Source of the DNA: an uncultured Chthonomonas sp.
GTDB taxonomy: Bacteria; Armatimonadota; Chthonomonadetes; Chthonomonadales; CAJBBX01
Reading direction: 5' to 3'
Length of the DNA: 64,000 nt
Assembly (NCBI GenBank): GCA_903885605.1
Contig: CAISJD010000118.1
Span: 2,182 to 66,181, forward strand
Part shown: positions 30,048 to 39,639 of the stretch, in pieces
Layout: each line of letters opens with the position of its first letter
Position numbering within the stretch: the stretch's first letter is position 1
The notes under the pieces: model-generated
Databases searched by the model: none
Told to the model about the DNA's origin: nothing
What the model saw: the letters and a program-made list of their open reading frames with translations, nothing else
Program-made: the position numbers and the translations under genes

Positions 30048-32128
30048 GCAAGGCCGAGGGCACGAAACCAACGGAACTCGGTGGCGATCTGCGAACCCGC
30101 GCCGAAGCCGAGGCGGCGGGTGCATCTACCAGCGGCGAGAACGGCGATGCTGCGCTCCTCCATGAGCTCCGGGTCCATCGGATCGAGCTGGAGATGCAGA
30201 ATGAGGAGCTACGCGCCGCCATCGTGCAACTGGAGGACGCCGAAGCGCGGTTCAAGAGCCTCTTTGAGGCCGCCCCCATCGGCTACCTCTGTGTCGACTC
30301 CCAGTGGGTTATCCGCGAGGCCAACCGCGTACTTGGCGACATGCTCCACTTTGACCGGGATGCCATCGTCGGGCGTCCGATCTCGCGCTTCGTCCTGCCC
30401 AACGACCAGGATGCGCTGCACCTCCATTGCCGGTCGTTGGCCAAAGGACACTCACGCCAAACGGCCGAGCTGAGGCTCCGCACTTCATCGGGCGGCTACC
30501 TGTCGGTACGGATGGACACCGTCAAGGTCGAGGACGCGTGCAACGGCATCAGCTACCACGTGGCCATCACCGACATGACGGAGCAGCACGCGGCGACTGA
30601 TGCCCTGCGCGACAGCGAGCAGTGGCACAGGACGGTGCTGGAGGCTGCGCTGGACGGGTTCCTCCAGGCGGATCGGAAGGGACGCCTCGTCAACGTGAAC
30701 CACGCCCTCTTGCGGATGGCCGGATACAGCCGCCAGGAGCTCCTCGCCATGCGCTACGCCGACCTGTGGGCCGACGACTGCGCGGAGGCCTGTGCCGCAA
30801 CCATGCACCGGGTGATGCATGGGGCAGGCGAGAGGTTCGAGGCGCAATGCAAGCACAAGGACGGCTCACTCGTCGACGTTGAGGTGAGCCTCCAGTACGA
30901 GGCGGAGGGCGGAGGGCGGCTGGTGGGCTTCATCCGCGATGTCACTGCACGGAAACGCCTTGAGGCCCAGCGGAGCGACAGCCAGCGGCTGGAGTCGATC
31001 GGCAGGCTCGCCGGCGGGGTGGCCCACGACTTTAACAACATGCTGGGCGTCATCCTCGGCGGATTGGAGTTGGCGCTGGAGCGCCTGCCGGCCGACGAGA
31101 CCATTGTCGGCGACCTCCTCCAAGCCCAGCAGGCCGCCCGACACTCCGCAACGCTCACCCGCGACCTGCTTGCGTTCACCCGCCAGCAGTCCGTGGAGCC
31201 GCGGCTCACCGATCTGAACGCAATCGTTGCCGGCATGGCCGACATGCTGCGATCGACGATCGGCGAGGAGATCGCCCTGGGGATCGACGTGGCGCCGGAC
31301 CCATGGTCCGTGAGCATCGATCCCACACAGGTCTCCCAGATGCTGATGAACCTCTGCATCAACTCCAGGGACGCCATCGAGGGCACGGGCGCCATCAGGA
31401 TCAGGATCGACAACGTCATCCTCTCCGAGGAGGACTGTGCGGGCATGCCGGATCACGAGCCGGGCGAGCACGCGGCGCTGACAGTGAGCGACACCGGGTG
31501 CGGCATGCCGCCGGAGACGCTGGCTCGCGTCTTTGAGCCCTTCTTCACTACCAAGGCGATCGGCAAGGGCACGGGCCTCGGGCTTGCCCAGGTCTACGGG
31601 GTGGCCACCCAGGCCGGCGGCCTCGTTCGGGCCCAAAGCACCGTGGGCCAGGGCACCGTAGTTCAGGTCTTCCTGCCCCGAGCCACCGTACAGACCGTGC
31701 CTTCCACGCCGCCCAAGCCGTCGGAACGGCCGCGCGGGAACGGCGAGACGGTGCTGCTGGTCGAAGATGAGAAGGGCCTGCTTGTTACCTGCCGCAGGTT
31801 CCTGATGCCGCTGGGATACAACGTCTTATCGGCCGCATCTCCCGGCGAGGCGCTTGCGCTGTCCGACGAGTACAGCGGAGCGATCGACCTACTGCTGACC
31901 GACGTCGTGATGCCCGAACTGGACGGCGCCGAACTGGCGGACCGGCTGGTGGTGGCCAGGCCTGGCCTCAAGTGCCTCTTCATGTCCGGCTACACGGCCG
32001 AGGCCCTCGGCAGCCGCCTTCTGCGAGGCAACGCGACGCTGCTCCCCAAACCCTTCACGCGGGACGAACTGGCCTGCGCGGTGCGGGATGCCCTGGCAGC
32101 ACCCGCCCCGGGCGCCGGAGCGACGTAG
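30044..32128 (+). CDS. Hybrid sensor histidine kinase (coiled coil, 2xPAS, HisKA, HATPase_c, receiver)
   Basis: GTG 30044 overlaps the upstream stop (GTGA). H-box [13 protein letters not shown] boxes ([22 protein letters not shown]) and receiver LLVEDE...[13 protein letters not shown]. Confidence 0.88.
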
Positions 32129-32204
32129 CCGCGCCCCCGCCGCTACCGCGTACTGGCATTTGCGCCGCCGGACGGTCCATAATGGTGCCACGTCTGCACC
32201 GGCC

Positions 32205-32226
32205 GGCGCCCACGCCCGTGGGCGCC
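32205..32226 (+). terminator. Strong GC hairpin downstream of the kinase gene (terminator or attenuator candidate)
   Basis: ggcgcccac-gccc-gtgggcgcc forms a 9-bp perfect stem. No U-tract. It lies 41 nt upstream of the araB ATG. Confidence 0.35.
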
Positions 32227-32266
32227 GCGGCGGCGTGCGAACTACTCATGGAGGACCGAAGGCATT

Positions 32267-33934
32267 ATGGGTAGATATTCCCTGGGGCTGGACTACGGCA
32301 CCAACTCGGTGCGCGCGCTCGTCGTCGACGTGGAGGACGGCCGCGAACTGGCCTCCTGCGTTCATAGCTACACGCGGGGCGAGATGGGCGTCATCACCGA
32401 TCCCGCCAACCCGCACGTGGCCCGCCAGCACCCGCTGGACTACCACGAGGGGCTGGAGGCCGCCGCCGGCGGAGCGCTGGCCGCCGCGAAGGCCGCCGAT
32501 CCCGCCTTCGACCCGGCCGACGTCATCGGCATCGGCGTCGATACCACCGGCTCCACGCCGATCCCTGTGGACGAGGACGGCACGCCGCTGGCCCTGATCC
32601 CCGAGTTCCACGACAACCCCAACGCCCTGGCATGGCTCTGGAAGGACCACTCCTCCATGGCCGAAGCCGAGCGCATCACACGCCTGGCAGCCGAGCACCG
32701 GCCGCAGTACCTGGCGCGCTGCGGCGGGACCTACTCCTCCGAGTGGTTCTTCGCCAAGATCCTCCACTGCCTCCGCGTGGGCGCCGACGTCTTCGATGCC
32801 GCCTACAGCTGGGTCGAGTTTTGCGACTACATCCCGGCCCTGTTGGCGGGTGACACGCACCCGGACCGCCTGCTCCGCAGCGTCTGCGCCGCCGGGCACA
32901 AGGCTATGTACGCCGATGACTGGGGAGGATTGCCCGACCGCGCCTTCCTGGCCAGGATCGACCCCAAGCTGGCCGACCTGCGCGACAGGCTCTACACGAA
33001 GGCCTACGCCGCGGACACGCCCGCCGGCAGGCTCTGCCCCGAGTGGGCCGCCAAGCTGGGCCTCACGCCGGGCATCGCCATCGCCGTGGGCGCCTTTGAC
33101 GCGCACATGGGCGCCGTGGGCTCGGGCGTCAAGCCGGGCGCCCTGGTGAAGATCATGGGCACCAGCACCTGCGACATCACCGTGGGCGCCAGGGGCGAGG
33201 CGGCGACGGAGATCCCCGGCGTCTGCGGCATCGTCGACGGCTCGGTGCTGCCGGGCATGCTGGGCGTCGAGGCCGGCCAGAGCGCGGTGGGAGATATCTT
33301 CAACTGGTTTGTCCTGCAGGTCTGCCAGGGCGACGCCGACCTGCACAACGTGCTCACCGCCGAGGCGGCCGCCCTGAGCCCCGGCCAGTCGGGCCTGCTG
33401 GCGCTGGACTGGAACAACGGCAACCGCTGCGTGCTGGTCGACGCTCGCCTGACAGGCCTGCTTATCGGCCAGACGCTCCGCACCACCCGCGCCGAAATCT
33501 ACCGCGCGCTCATCGAGGCCACGGCCTTCGGCGCGCGCGCCATCCTGGAGCGCATGGCCGAGTACGGGGTGCCGCTGGAGCGGATGGTGGCCTGCGGCGG
33601 CATCGCCGAGAAGAACCCCTTCATGATGCAGACCTACGCCGACATCACCGGCCAGACGATCTCCGTCGCCACCTCCAGCCAGACCTGCGCGCTGGGCGCG
33701 GCGATCTTCGGCGCCGTGGCCGCCGGGGCCTATCCCGACGCCGCCGCCGCCCAGGCAACCATGGCCAGTCCGACCTCGGCCACCTACACGCCTGACGAGG
33801 GGCGCAAGGCGGTCTACGACGAACTCTACGCCCTCTACCGCCGCCTGCACGACGCCTTCGGCGTGGCGGGCGCTTCGGAGCCGCTCTACGACGTGATGAA
33901 GACGCTGCTGGACATCCAGCAGCGGACGGCATAG
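32267..33934 (+). CDS. araB: L-ribulokinase
   Basis: The FGGY kinase N-terminus YSLGLDYGTNSVRALVVD, the length (555 aa) and overall AraB-like blocks, with araD adjacent. Confidence 0.88.
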   Translation: MGRYSLGLDYGTNSVRALVVDVEDGRELASCVHSYTRGEMGVITDPANPHVARQHPLDYHEGLEAAAGGALAAAKAADPAFDPADVIGIGVDTTGSTPIPVDEDGTPLALIPEFHDNPNALAWLWKDHSSMAEAERITRLAAEHRPQYLARCGGTYSSEWFFAKILHCLRVGADVFDAAYSWVEFCDYIPALLAGDTHPDRLLRSVCAAGHKAMYADDWGGLPDRAFLARIDPKLADLRDRLYTKAYAADTPAGRLCPEWAAKLGLTPGIAIAVGAFDAHMGAVGSGVKPGALVKIMGTSTCDITVGARGEAATEIPGVCGIVDGSVLPGMLGVEAGQSAVGDIFNWFVLQVCQGDADLHNVLTAEAAALSPGQSGLLALDWNNGNRCVLVDARLTGLLIGQTLRTTRAEIYRALIEATAFGARAILERMAEYGVPLERMVACGGIAEKNPFMMQTYADITGQTISVATSSQTCALGAAIFGAVAAGAYPDAAAAQATMASPTSATYTPDEGRKAVYDELYALYRRLHDAFGVAGASEPLYDVMKTLLDIQQRTA

Positions 33935-33942
33935 GCGCGGCC

Positions 33943-34653
33943 ATGCTGGAGGCGCTGAAGGAAGAGGTCTGGCGCGCGAACCTGGCCCTGCGCGAAGCGG
34001 GGCTGGTCATCCTCACCTGGGGCAACGTGAGCGGGCTGGACGCCGACGCGGGCATCTTCGCCATCAAGCCCAGCGGGGTCTCGTATGCCGAGATGCGCCC
34101 CGAGCACATGACCCTCGTCGACCTGGAGGGCGCCGTGGTTGAGGGCGGCCTGCGCCCCTCCTCCGACACGCCCACGCACCTGGCACTCTACCGTGCGTTC
34201 GCCGGCATCCGCGGCGTGGCGCACACGCACTCGACCTACGCCACCGCCTGGGCGCAGGCCCGCAGGCCGCTTCCCTGCTACGGCACCACGCATGCCGACA
34301 GCTTCCGGGGCGCGGTCCCCGTCACGGCGCCGCTCACCCCGGACGCCCTCGCCGGCGACTACGAGGCCGAGACCGGCACGGCGATCGTCCGCGCCTTCGC
34401 CGGCCGGCCGCACGCCGAGATGCCCGCCGCGCTGGTCTGGGGCCACGGGCCCTTCACCTGGGGGCGCTCGGCGGCCGACGCGGTGGAGAACAGCATCATC
34501 CTGGAGCAGACGGCCCGAATGGCCCTGCTCACCGAGCAGATCGAGCCGCGCATCGATCCGATCGGGAACGACCTGCGCGACAAGCACTTCCTGAGGAAGC
34601 ACGGACCGGGCGCCTACTACGGGCAGACCGGCGACGCCCACGGAGCCGGCTAG
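33943..34653 (+). CDS. araD: L-ribulose-5-phosphate 4-epimerase
   Basis: Motifs TWGNVSG, KPSGV, SSDTPTHLALYR and HTHS, plus the AraD-type C-terminus DKHFLRKHG. Confidence 0.9.
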   Translation: MLEALKEEVWRANLALREAGLVILTWGNVSGLDADAGIFAIKPSGVSYAEMRPEHMTLVDLEGAVVEGGLRPSSDTPTHLALYRAFAGIRGVAHTHSTYATAWAQARRPLPCYGTTHADSFRGAVPVTAPLTPDALAGDYEAETGTAIVRAFAGRPHAEMPAALVWGHGPFTWGRSAADAVENSIILEQTARMALLTEQIEPRIDPIGNDLRDKHFLRKHGPGAYYGQTGDAHGAG

Positions 34654-34681
34654 CCGGCCAGGGGCTGCAAGGAGGCATTCC

Positions 34682-36091
34682 ATGGCTAAGAAGACCACAT
34701 TCGCCGTACTCGTGGGCAACCGCGGGTTCTTTCCGGGCCACCTCTGCGAGGAGGGCCGCAAGGCCGTCCTGCGCGTGCTGGATGAGCAGGGCTACGGCGC
34801 CCTCTGCCTGACGCCCAACGACACGCCCTACGGCTCCGTCGTCACCCGTGAGCACGCCCGCAAGTGGGCGGCGCTGATGCAGGCGCACAAGGCCGACATC
34901 GACGGCATCATCATCACGCTGCCCAACTTCGGCGAGGAGCGGGGCATCGTCGAGGCCATCGAGATGGCCGACCTGCGGGTGCCCATCCTGGTGCAGGCCA
35001 CCCCGGACACCGCGGGCCTCATGAGCATCAAGGACCGCCGCGACAGCTTCTGCGGCAAGATGTCCACCTGCAACAACCTGACCCAGTACGGCATCCCCTT
35101 CTCGCTCACCGAGCGGCATACCATCGACCCCGAGACGCCGGCCTTCGCGGCCGACCTGAGCCGCTTCGCCGCCACCTGCCGCGTGGTCCGAGGCCTGCGC
35201 GGCGCCCGCTTCGGGGCCATCGGCGCCCGCCCGGCGGCCTTCAACACCGTCCGCTACAGCGAGAAGCTGCTCCAGGCCAACGGCATCACGGTGGAGGTTG
35301 TGGACCTCTCCGAGATCTTCGGCCGCATCGGCAAGCTGGACGACAACGCAGCCACCGTGCAGGCCAAGCTGGCCGAGATCAAGGACTACATCGATGTCGG
35401 CCGCGTCCCCGAGAAGGCCCTCATCCGCATGGCCAAGCTCGGCGCCGTGGTGGGCGACTGGATCGAGGAGAACGAGGTCGTCGCCACGGCCGTGCAGTGC
35501 TGGACCAGCATGGAGGAGTTCTTCGGCGTGGTTCCCTGCACCGTCATGAGTATGCTCAGCAACAAGCTCATGCCCAGCGCCTGCGAAGTCGACATCACCG
35601 GCGCCCTGGGCATGTACGCCCTGACGCTGGCCTCCGGCGAGCCCGCCGCTCTGGTCGACTGGAACAATAACTACGACGACGACCCGGACAAGTGCGTGCT
35701 CTTCCACTGCAGCAACCTGCCCAAGGGATGCATGTCGCACTGCTGCATGAGCCAGCAGGACATCATCGGCGGAGCGGTGGGCGACGAGAACGCACAGGGC
35801 ACCGTGGTGGGCCGCATCAAGTCCGGCGAGTTCACCTACTGCCGCGTCTCGACCAATGACGAGATGGGCACCATCGACGTCTACACCGGCGAGGGCGAGT
35901 TCACCGACGACCCGCTGGAGACCTTCGGCGGCGCGGGCGTGGCCTACATCCCCGACCTGCAGGGCCTCCTCCGGTACATCTGCGAGAACGGCTACGAGCA
36001 CCACGTCGCCGTGGCCCACGCGCCCGTGGCCGAGGCGCTGCACGACGCCATGAGCAACTACCTGGGCTGGGACGTCTACCTGCATGGCTGA
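34682..36091 (+). CDS. L-fucose/L-arabinose isomerase-family protein (short FucI-like type), probable aldose-ketose isomerase of this pathway
   Basis: A 469-aa ORF with a FucI-family-like layout (N-terminal FAVLVGNRGFFP, C-terminal domain). It sits where araA is expected, next to araB and araD. Confidence 0.7.
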   Translation: MAKKTTFAVLVGNRGFFPGHLCEEGRKAVLRVLDEQGYGALCLTPNDTPYGSVVTREHARKWAALMQAHKADIDGIIITLPNFGEERGIVEAIEMADLRVPILVQATPDTAGLMSIKDRRDSFCGKMSTCNNLTQYGIPFSLTERHTIDPETPAFAADLSRFAATCRVVRGLRGARFGAIGARPAAFNTVRYSEKLLQANGITVEVVDLSEIFGRIGKLDDNAATVQAKLAEIKDYIDVGRVPEKALIRMAKLGAVVGDWIEENEVVATAVQCWTSMEEFFGVVPCTVMSMLSNKLMPSACEVDITGALGMYALTLASGEPAALVDWNNNYDDDPDKCVLFHCSNLPKGCMSHCCMSQQDIIGGAVGDENAQGTVVGRIKSGEFTYCRVSTNDEMGTIDVYTGEGEFTDDPLETFGGAGVAYIPDLQGLLRYICENGYEHHVAVAHAPVAEALHDAMSNYLGWDVYLHG

Positions 36092-37106
36092 GGCCGCCAT
36101 GCGGGCCGCACGCCTCTACGGCGCACACGACGTGCGGGTCGATGAGGTCGACATGCCGGCCCCCGGCCCGGGCGAGGCGCTGGTGCGCGTGCGGGCCGTC
36201 TCCATCTGCCCCTCGGACTGGCGGCTCTACGTCGACGGCCACGCCGGCGGCAAGGAGCCCGACTGGCCCTTCGTGCAGGGGCATGAGTTCGCCGGCGACG
36301 TCGTGGCCCTCGGGCCCGGCGTCGCCGGTCCCGCGCCCGGAACCCGCGTGGCCGTGGAGCCCTCGTGGCCCTGCGGTTCCTGCGATATGTGCCGCGAAGG
36401 CAAGCACCACATCTGCCGCCACGTGCGCTTCGCCAGCTTCCCGCCCCATGGCGGGGCGCTGGCGCAGTACGTGGTGGTCCCGCACGACGCGGTGTTCCCG
36501 CTGCCCGATGCGCTGGACTATGTGGCCGGCGCGCTCAGCGAGCCGCTCTGCGTGGCGCTCCACGCCACCAAGCTGGCGCAGTTGCGGCCCGGCGAGAGCG
36601 TGGCACTGCTGGGCGCGGGCGTCATCGGCGTCTCGACGCTGCAGATGGCGCTGGCCGAGGGCGTGGGGCCCACCGTCGTCATCGAGCCCGTGGCCGAGCG
36701 ACGCGCCCTGCCGCTGGAGCTGGGTGCGGCCCGGGTCTTCGCATCGCTGGACGAGGCCAAGGCGGCAGGCGTCGAGGCCGACGTCGTCTTCGACTGCAGC
36801 GGCGACATCCCCGCGCTGGACCAGTGCATCCGACTGGCCCGGCCCGGCGGCCGCATCGTCGTCATCGGCATCCCCCGGTGCGAGGAGATCACCTTCGACA
36901 TCGCCACCGCGCGCCGGCATGAGCTGACCGTCACCTTTTCGCGCCGCTCGTTCGGGCTGGTGGAGGAGGGGCTGGCCCTGTTGGCCTCGGGCGCGCTGCG
37001 GCTGCGCGACCTGCCGGTCGAGCGCTTCACGCTGGATCAGACGACTGACGCCATGGAGATGACGGGCCGGCCGGGCCGGAACCTGCGCGCCGTGGTGGAG
37101 CCCTAG
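36084..37106 (+). CDS. Zinc-dependent medium-chain (polyol/alcohol) dehydrogenase
   Basis: Motifs GHEFAGDV, the structural-zinc cluster CGSCDMCREGKHHIC and LLGAGVIG. ATG 36084 overlaps the upstream stop; an alternative ATG is at 36099. Confidence 0.82.
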   Translation: MAEAAMRAARLYGAHDVRVDEVDMPAPGPGEALVRVRAVSICPSDWRLYVDGHAGGKEPDWPFVQGHEFAGDVVALGPGVAGPAPGTRVAVEPSWPCGSCDMCREGKHHICRHVRFASFPPHGGALAQYVVVPHDAVFPLPDALDYVAGALSEPLCVALHATKLAQLRPGESVALLGAGVIGVSTLQMALAEGVGPTVVIEPVAERRALPLELGAARVFASLDEAKAAGVEADVVFDCSGDIPALDQCIRLARPGGRIVVIGIPRCEEITFDIATARRHELTVTFSRRSFGLVEEGLALLASGALRLRDLPVERFTLDQTTDAMEMTGRPGRNLRAVVEP

Positions 37107-37134
37107 CCGGCATCGCCGGCTCCAAGGAGGACCT

Positions 37135-38133
37135 ATGATGAACCGTAACCTGCGCTTCACACTGCCCCTGGCCGCGCTGCTCGCCGCCGCCCTCACCGGC
37201 TGCGCGCCCAGCGCCGAGAAGAAGACCACGGACGCGCCCGACGCGGGCGGCGCCAAGAAGAAGATCGTCGTCGGCTTCTCCCAGGTGGGAGCCGAGAGCG
37301 GATGGCGCACCGCCAACACGCAGTCGATCCGCTCCGAGGCCGAGAAGCGGGGTATCGACCTCCGCTTCGCCGACGCCCAGCAGAAGCAGGAGAACCAGAT
37401 CAAGGCCATCCGAACCTTCATCGCCCAGGGCGTCGACGTGATCATGTTCTCGCCCGTGGTCGAGCCGGGCTGGGAGCCGGTGCTGCAGGAGGCCAAGAAG
37501 GCGGGCATCCCCGTCATTCTGGCGGACCGCGCCGTCGACGTGAGCGACCCCTCGCTCTACGTGACCTTCATCGGCTCCGACTTCGTGGAGGAGGGCCGCC
37601 GCGCCGCCGAGTGGATGGCTAAGAAGATGAACGGCAAGGCCGTCATCGCCGAGCTCCAGGGAACCCCCGGCTCGGCGCCGGCCATCGACCGGAAGCGCGG
37701 GTTTGAGGAGGAGATGAAGAAGTACCCCGGCATGAAGATCGCCATCTACCAGACCGGCGACTTCACCCGAGCCAAGGGCAAGGAGGTCATGGAGGCCTTC
37801 CTGAAGTCGCCTGAGGGCGCGGGCATCAACGCCCTCTACGCGCACAACGACGACATGGCCCTGGGCGCCATCCAGGCCATTGAGGCCGCCGGCAAGAAGC
37901 CCGGGACCGACATCACCATCGTCTCCGTCGACGGCGTCAAGGGCGCCTTCGAGGCTATGGTCGCCGGTAAGCTCAACTGCACGGTGGAGTGCAACCCGCT
38001 TCTCGGCCCGACGCTTTTCGACGCCGCCGAGGCCGTGGCCGCCGGCAAGGCCGTCGAGAAGCGCATCGTCACCAAGGAAGGCGTCTACGACCAGAGCCAG
38101 GCCAAGGCGCTGATCGCCGACCGCAAGTACTGA
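37135..38133 (+). CDS. ytfQ: YtfQ-like periplasmic furanose (galactofuranose/arabinofuranose)-binding lipoprotein, ABC CUT2 type
   Basis: Lipobox LTGC. The stretch VGFSQVGAESGWRTANTQSIRSEAEKRGIDLRFADAQQKQENQIKAIRTFIAQGVD is closely collinear with E. coli YtfQ as I recall it. Confidence 0.82.
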   Translation: MMNRNLRFTLPLAALLAAALTGCAPSAEKKTTDAPDAGGAKKKIVVGFSQVGAESGWRTANTQSIRSEAEKRGIDLRFADAQQKQENQIKAIRTFIAQGVDVIMFSPVVEPGWEPVLQEAKKAGIPVILADRAVDVSDPSLYVTFIGSDFVEEGRRAAEWMAKKMNGKAVIAELQGTPGSAPAIDRKRGFEEEMKKYPGMKIAIYQTGDFTRAKGKEVMEAFLKSPEGAGINALYAHNDDMALGAIQAIEAAGKKPGTDITIVSVDGVKGAFEAMVAGKLNCTVECNPLLGPTLFDAAEAVAAGKAVEKRIVTKEGVYDQSQAKALIADRKY

Positions 38134-38207
38134 TCGACCCTGCGGGCCCCGGCGGCGCACCTTCGCCGGGGCCCGCACCAACCCGCCGTCCCGGGAGGCC
38201 CCGACCC

Positions 38208-39488
38208 ATGTCCAACCCCGTCCTCGCGTCCGTCCTCGCAGGCCTTCCCGGCCCCGACGAGCTGATCGCCCGCGCCGCCTCCCGCCAGGGGTGCGGCCCG
38301 CGCCTGAAAACGAACTCGCACATCCACCTGCCGCCCAACTTCTCTGCCTTCGACACCGTGGGGCAGGCCGTCGATAAGGCCGCCGCCGAGGGCGTCGCCG
38401 TGGTGGGCGTGAGCAACTACTACGACTATGGCGTCTATGCCGACTTCGCCGAGCGAACGCGCGCCGCGGGCATCCTGCCGCTCTTCGGCACGGAGATCAT
38501 CGCCCTGGTCGACGAACTGGTGCGGGCCGGCGTGCGCATCAACGATCCCGGCAACCCGGGCAAGATGTACCTCTGCGGCAAGGCGGCGACGGGCTTCGAG
38601 CCCCTCTCGCCGGAAGCCGCCGGCCTGCTGCAGGTAATCCGCGAGAAGGACAGCACCCGCATGGCCGCGCTGGTCGAGAGGCTGGGCGCCGTCTTCGCCG
38701 AGGCCGGGTTCGACGGCTCGCCCGACGAAGCAGGCGTGAAGGCGGGCGTCGTCAAGCGCCACGGCTGCGCCTTGGAGGGCGTCTACCTGCAGGAGCGCCA
38801 CGTCTGCCAGGCATTCCAGGAGGCGCTGGCCTACGCTCTGGAGCCAGACGCCCATGTCGAGCTCCTCACGGCGGCCTACGGCGTCCCGCCCAAGGCCTCC
38901 ATCGCCGAACCCGTGGCCGAGCAGAACGAGATACGATCCCAGCTACTCAAGGCGGGCAAGCCGGCCTACGTCGCCGAAACGTTCGTCGACTTCGACCACG
39001 CCCTGCGCCTCATCCTCGCCCTGGGCGGCATCCCCTGCTACCCCATCGTGGCCGACGGCGCCAAGCCGGTCTGCCCCTTCGAGGAAGACCCCGCCAAGCT
39101 CGCCGAGGCCGTGCGCGGGATGGGTGTCCACTGCACCGAGTTCATCCCTGACCGCAACAGCCCCGAGACGCTGGCCGCCTACGCCCACGCCATGCGCGGG
39201 GCGGGGCTGGTCGTCACCGCCGGCACCGAGCACAACACCCGCGACCTGATCCCCATCGAGCCCGCATGCAAGGCCGGGGCGGCCATCCCGGACGATGTGG
39301 CGGACCTCTTCTGGGAGGGCGCGTGCGTCATGGCCGCGCATACTTACCTCGCCTGCCACGGCCGCCCGGGCTTCGTCGACGCCGCCGGCACGCCCGACTC
39401 GGCCTTCGGCACGGACGACGAGCGAATCGCCTGGTTCGCGGCCGTGGGCGCCGAGGTGATTGCCGCGTACAGGCAGGTCACCGCCTGA
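38208..39488 (+). CDS. PHP-domain-like metal-dependent phosphoesterase-family protein, function unknown
   Basis: Inner ATG 38208 with GGGAGG upstream. N-terminal TNSHIHLPPNFSAF resembles PHP motif I, with GTEHN later. Confidence 0.6.
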   Translation: MSNPVLASVLAGLPGPDELIARAASRQGCGPRLKTNSHIHLPPNFSAFDTVGQAVDKAAAEGVAVVGVSNYYDYGVYADFAERTRAAGILPLFGTEIIALVDELVRAGVRINDPGNPGKMYLCGKAATGFEPLSPEAAGLLQVIREKDSTRMAALVERLGAVFAEAGFDGSPDEAGVKAGVVKRHGCALEGVYLQERHVCQAFQEALAYALEPDAHVELLTAAYGVPPKASIAEPVAEQNEIRSQLLKAGKPAYVAETFVDFDHALRLILALGGIPCYPIVADGAKPVCPFEEDPAKLAEAVRGMGVHCTEFIPDRNSPETLAAYAHAMRGAGLVVTAGTEHNTRDLIPIEPACKAGAAIPDDVADLFWEGACVMAAHTYLACHGRPGFVDAAGTPDSAFGTDDERIAWFAAVGAEVIAAYRQVTA

Positions 39489-39639
39489 CGGTGGCGCTGA
39501 CGGGCGGGGGCGCACGGGCTTGGTGGATGCACCCCGCTTGCTGCGGGCCACGCCGGCGGCGTTCCGCCTGAGGCGCCGCGGCACATGCCATCGGCCCGGG
39601 AACCGACGGGTCCGGCTCGTCGCTCAAGGACGCCCTGCA

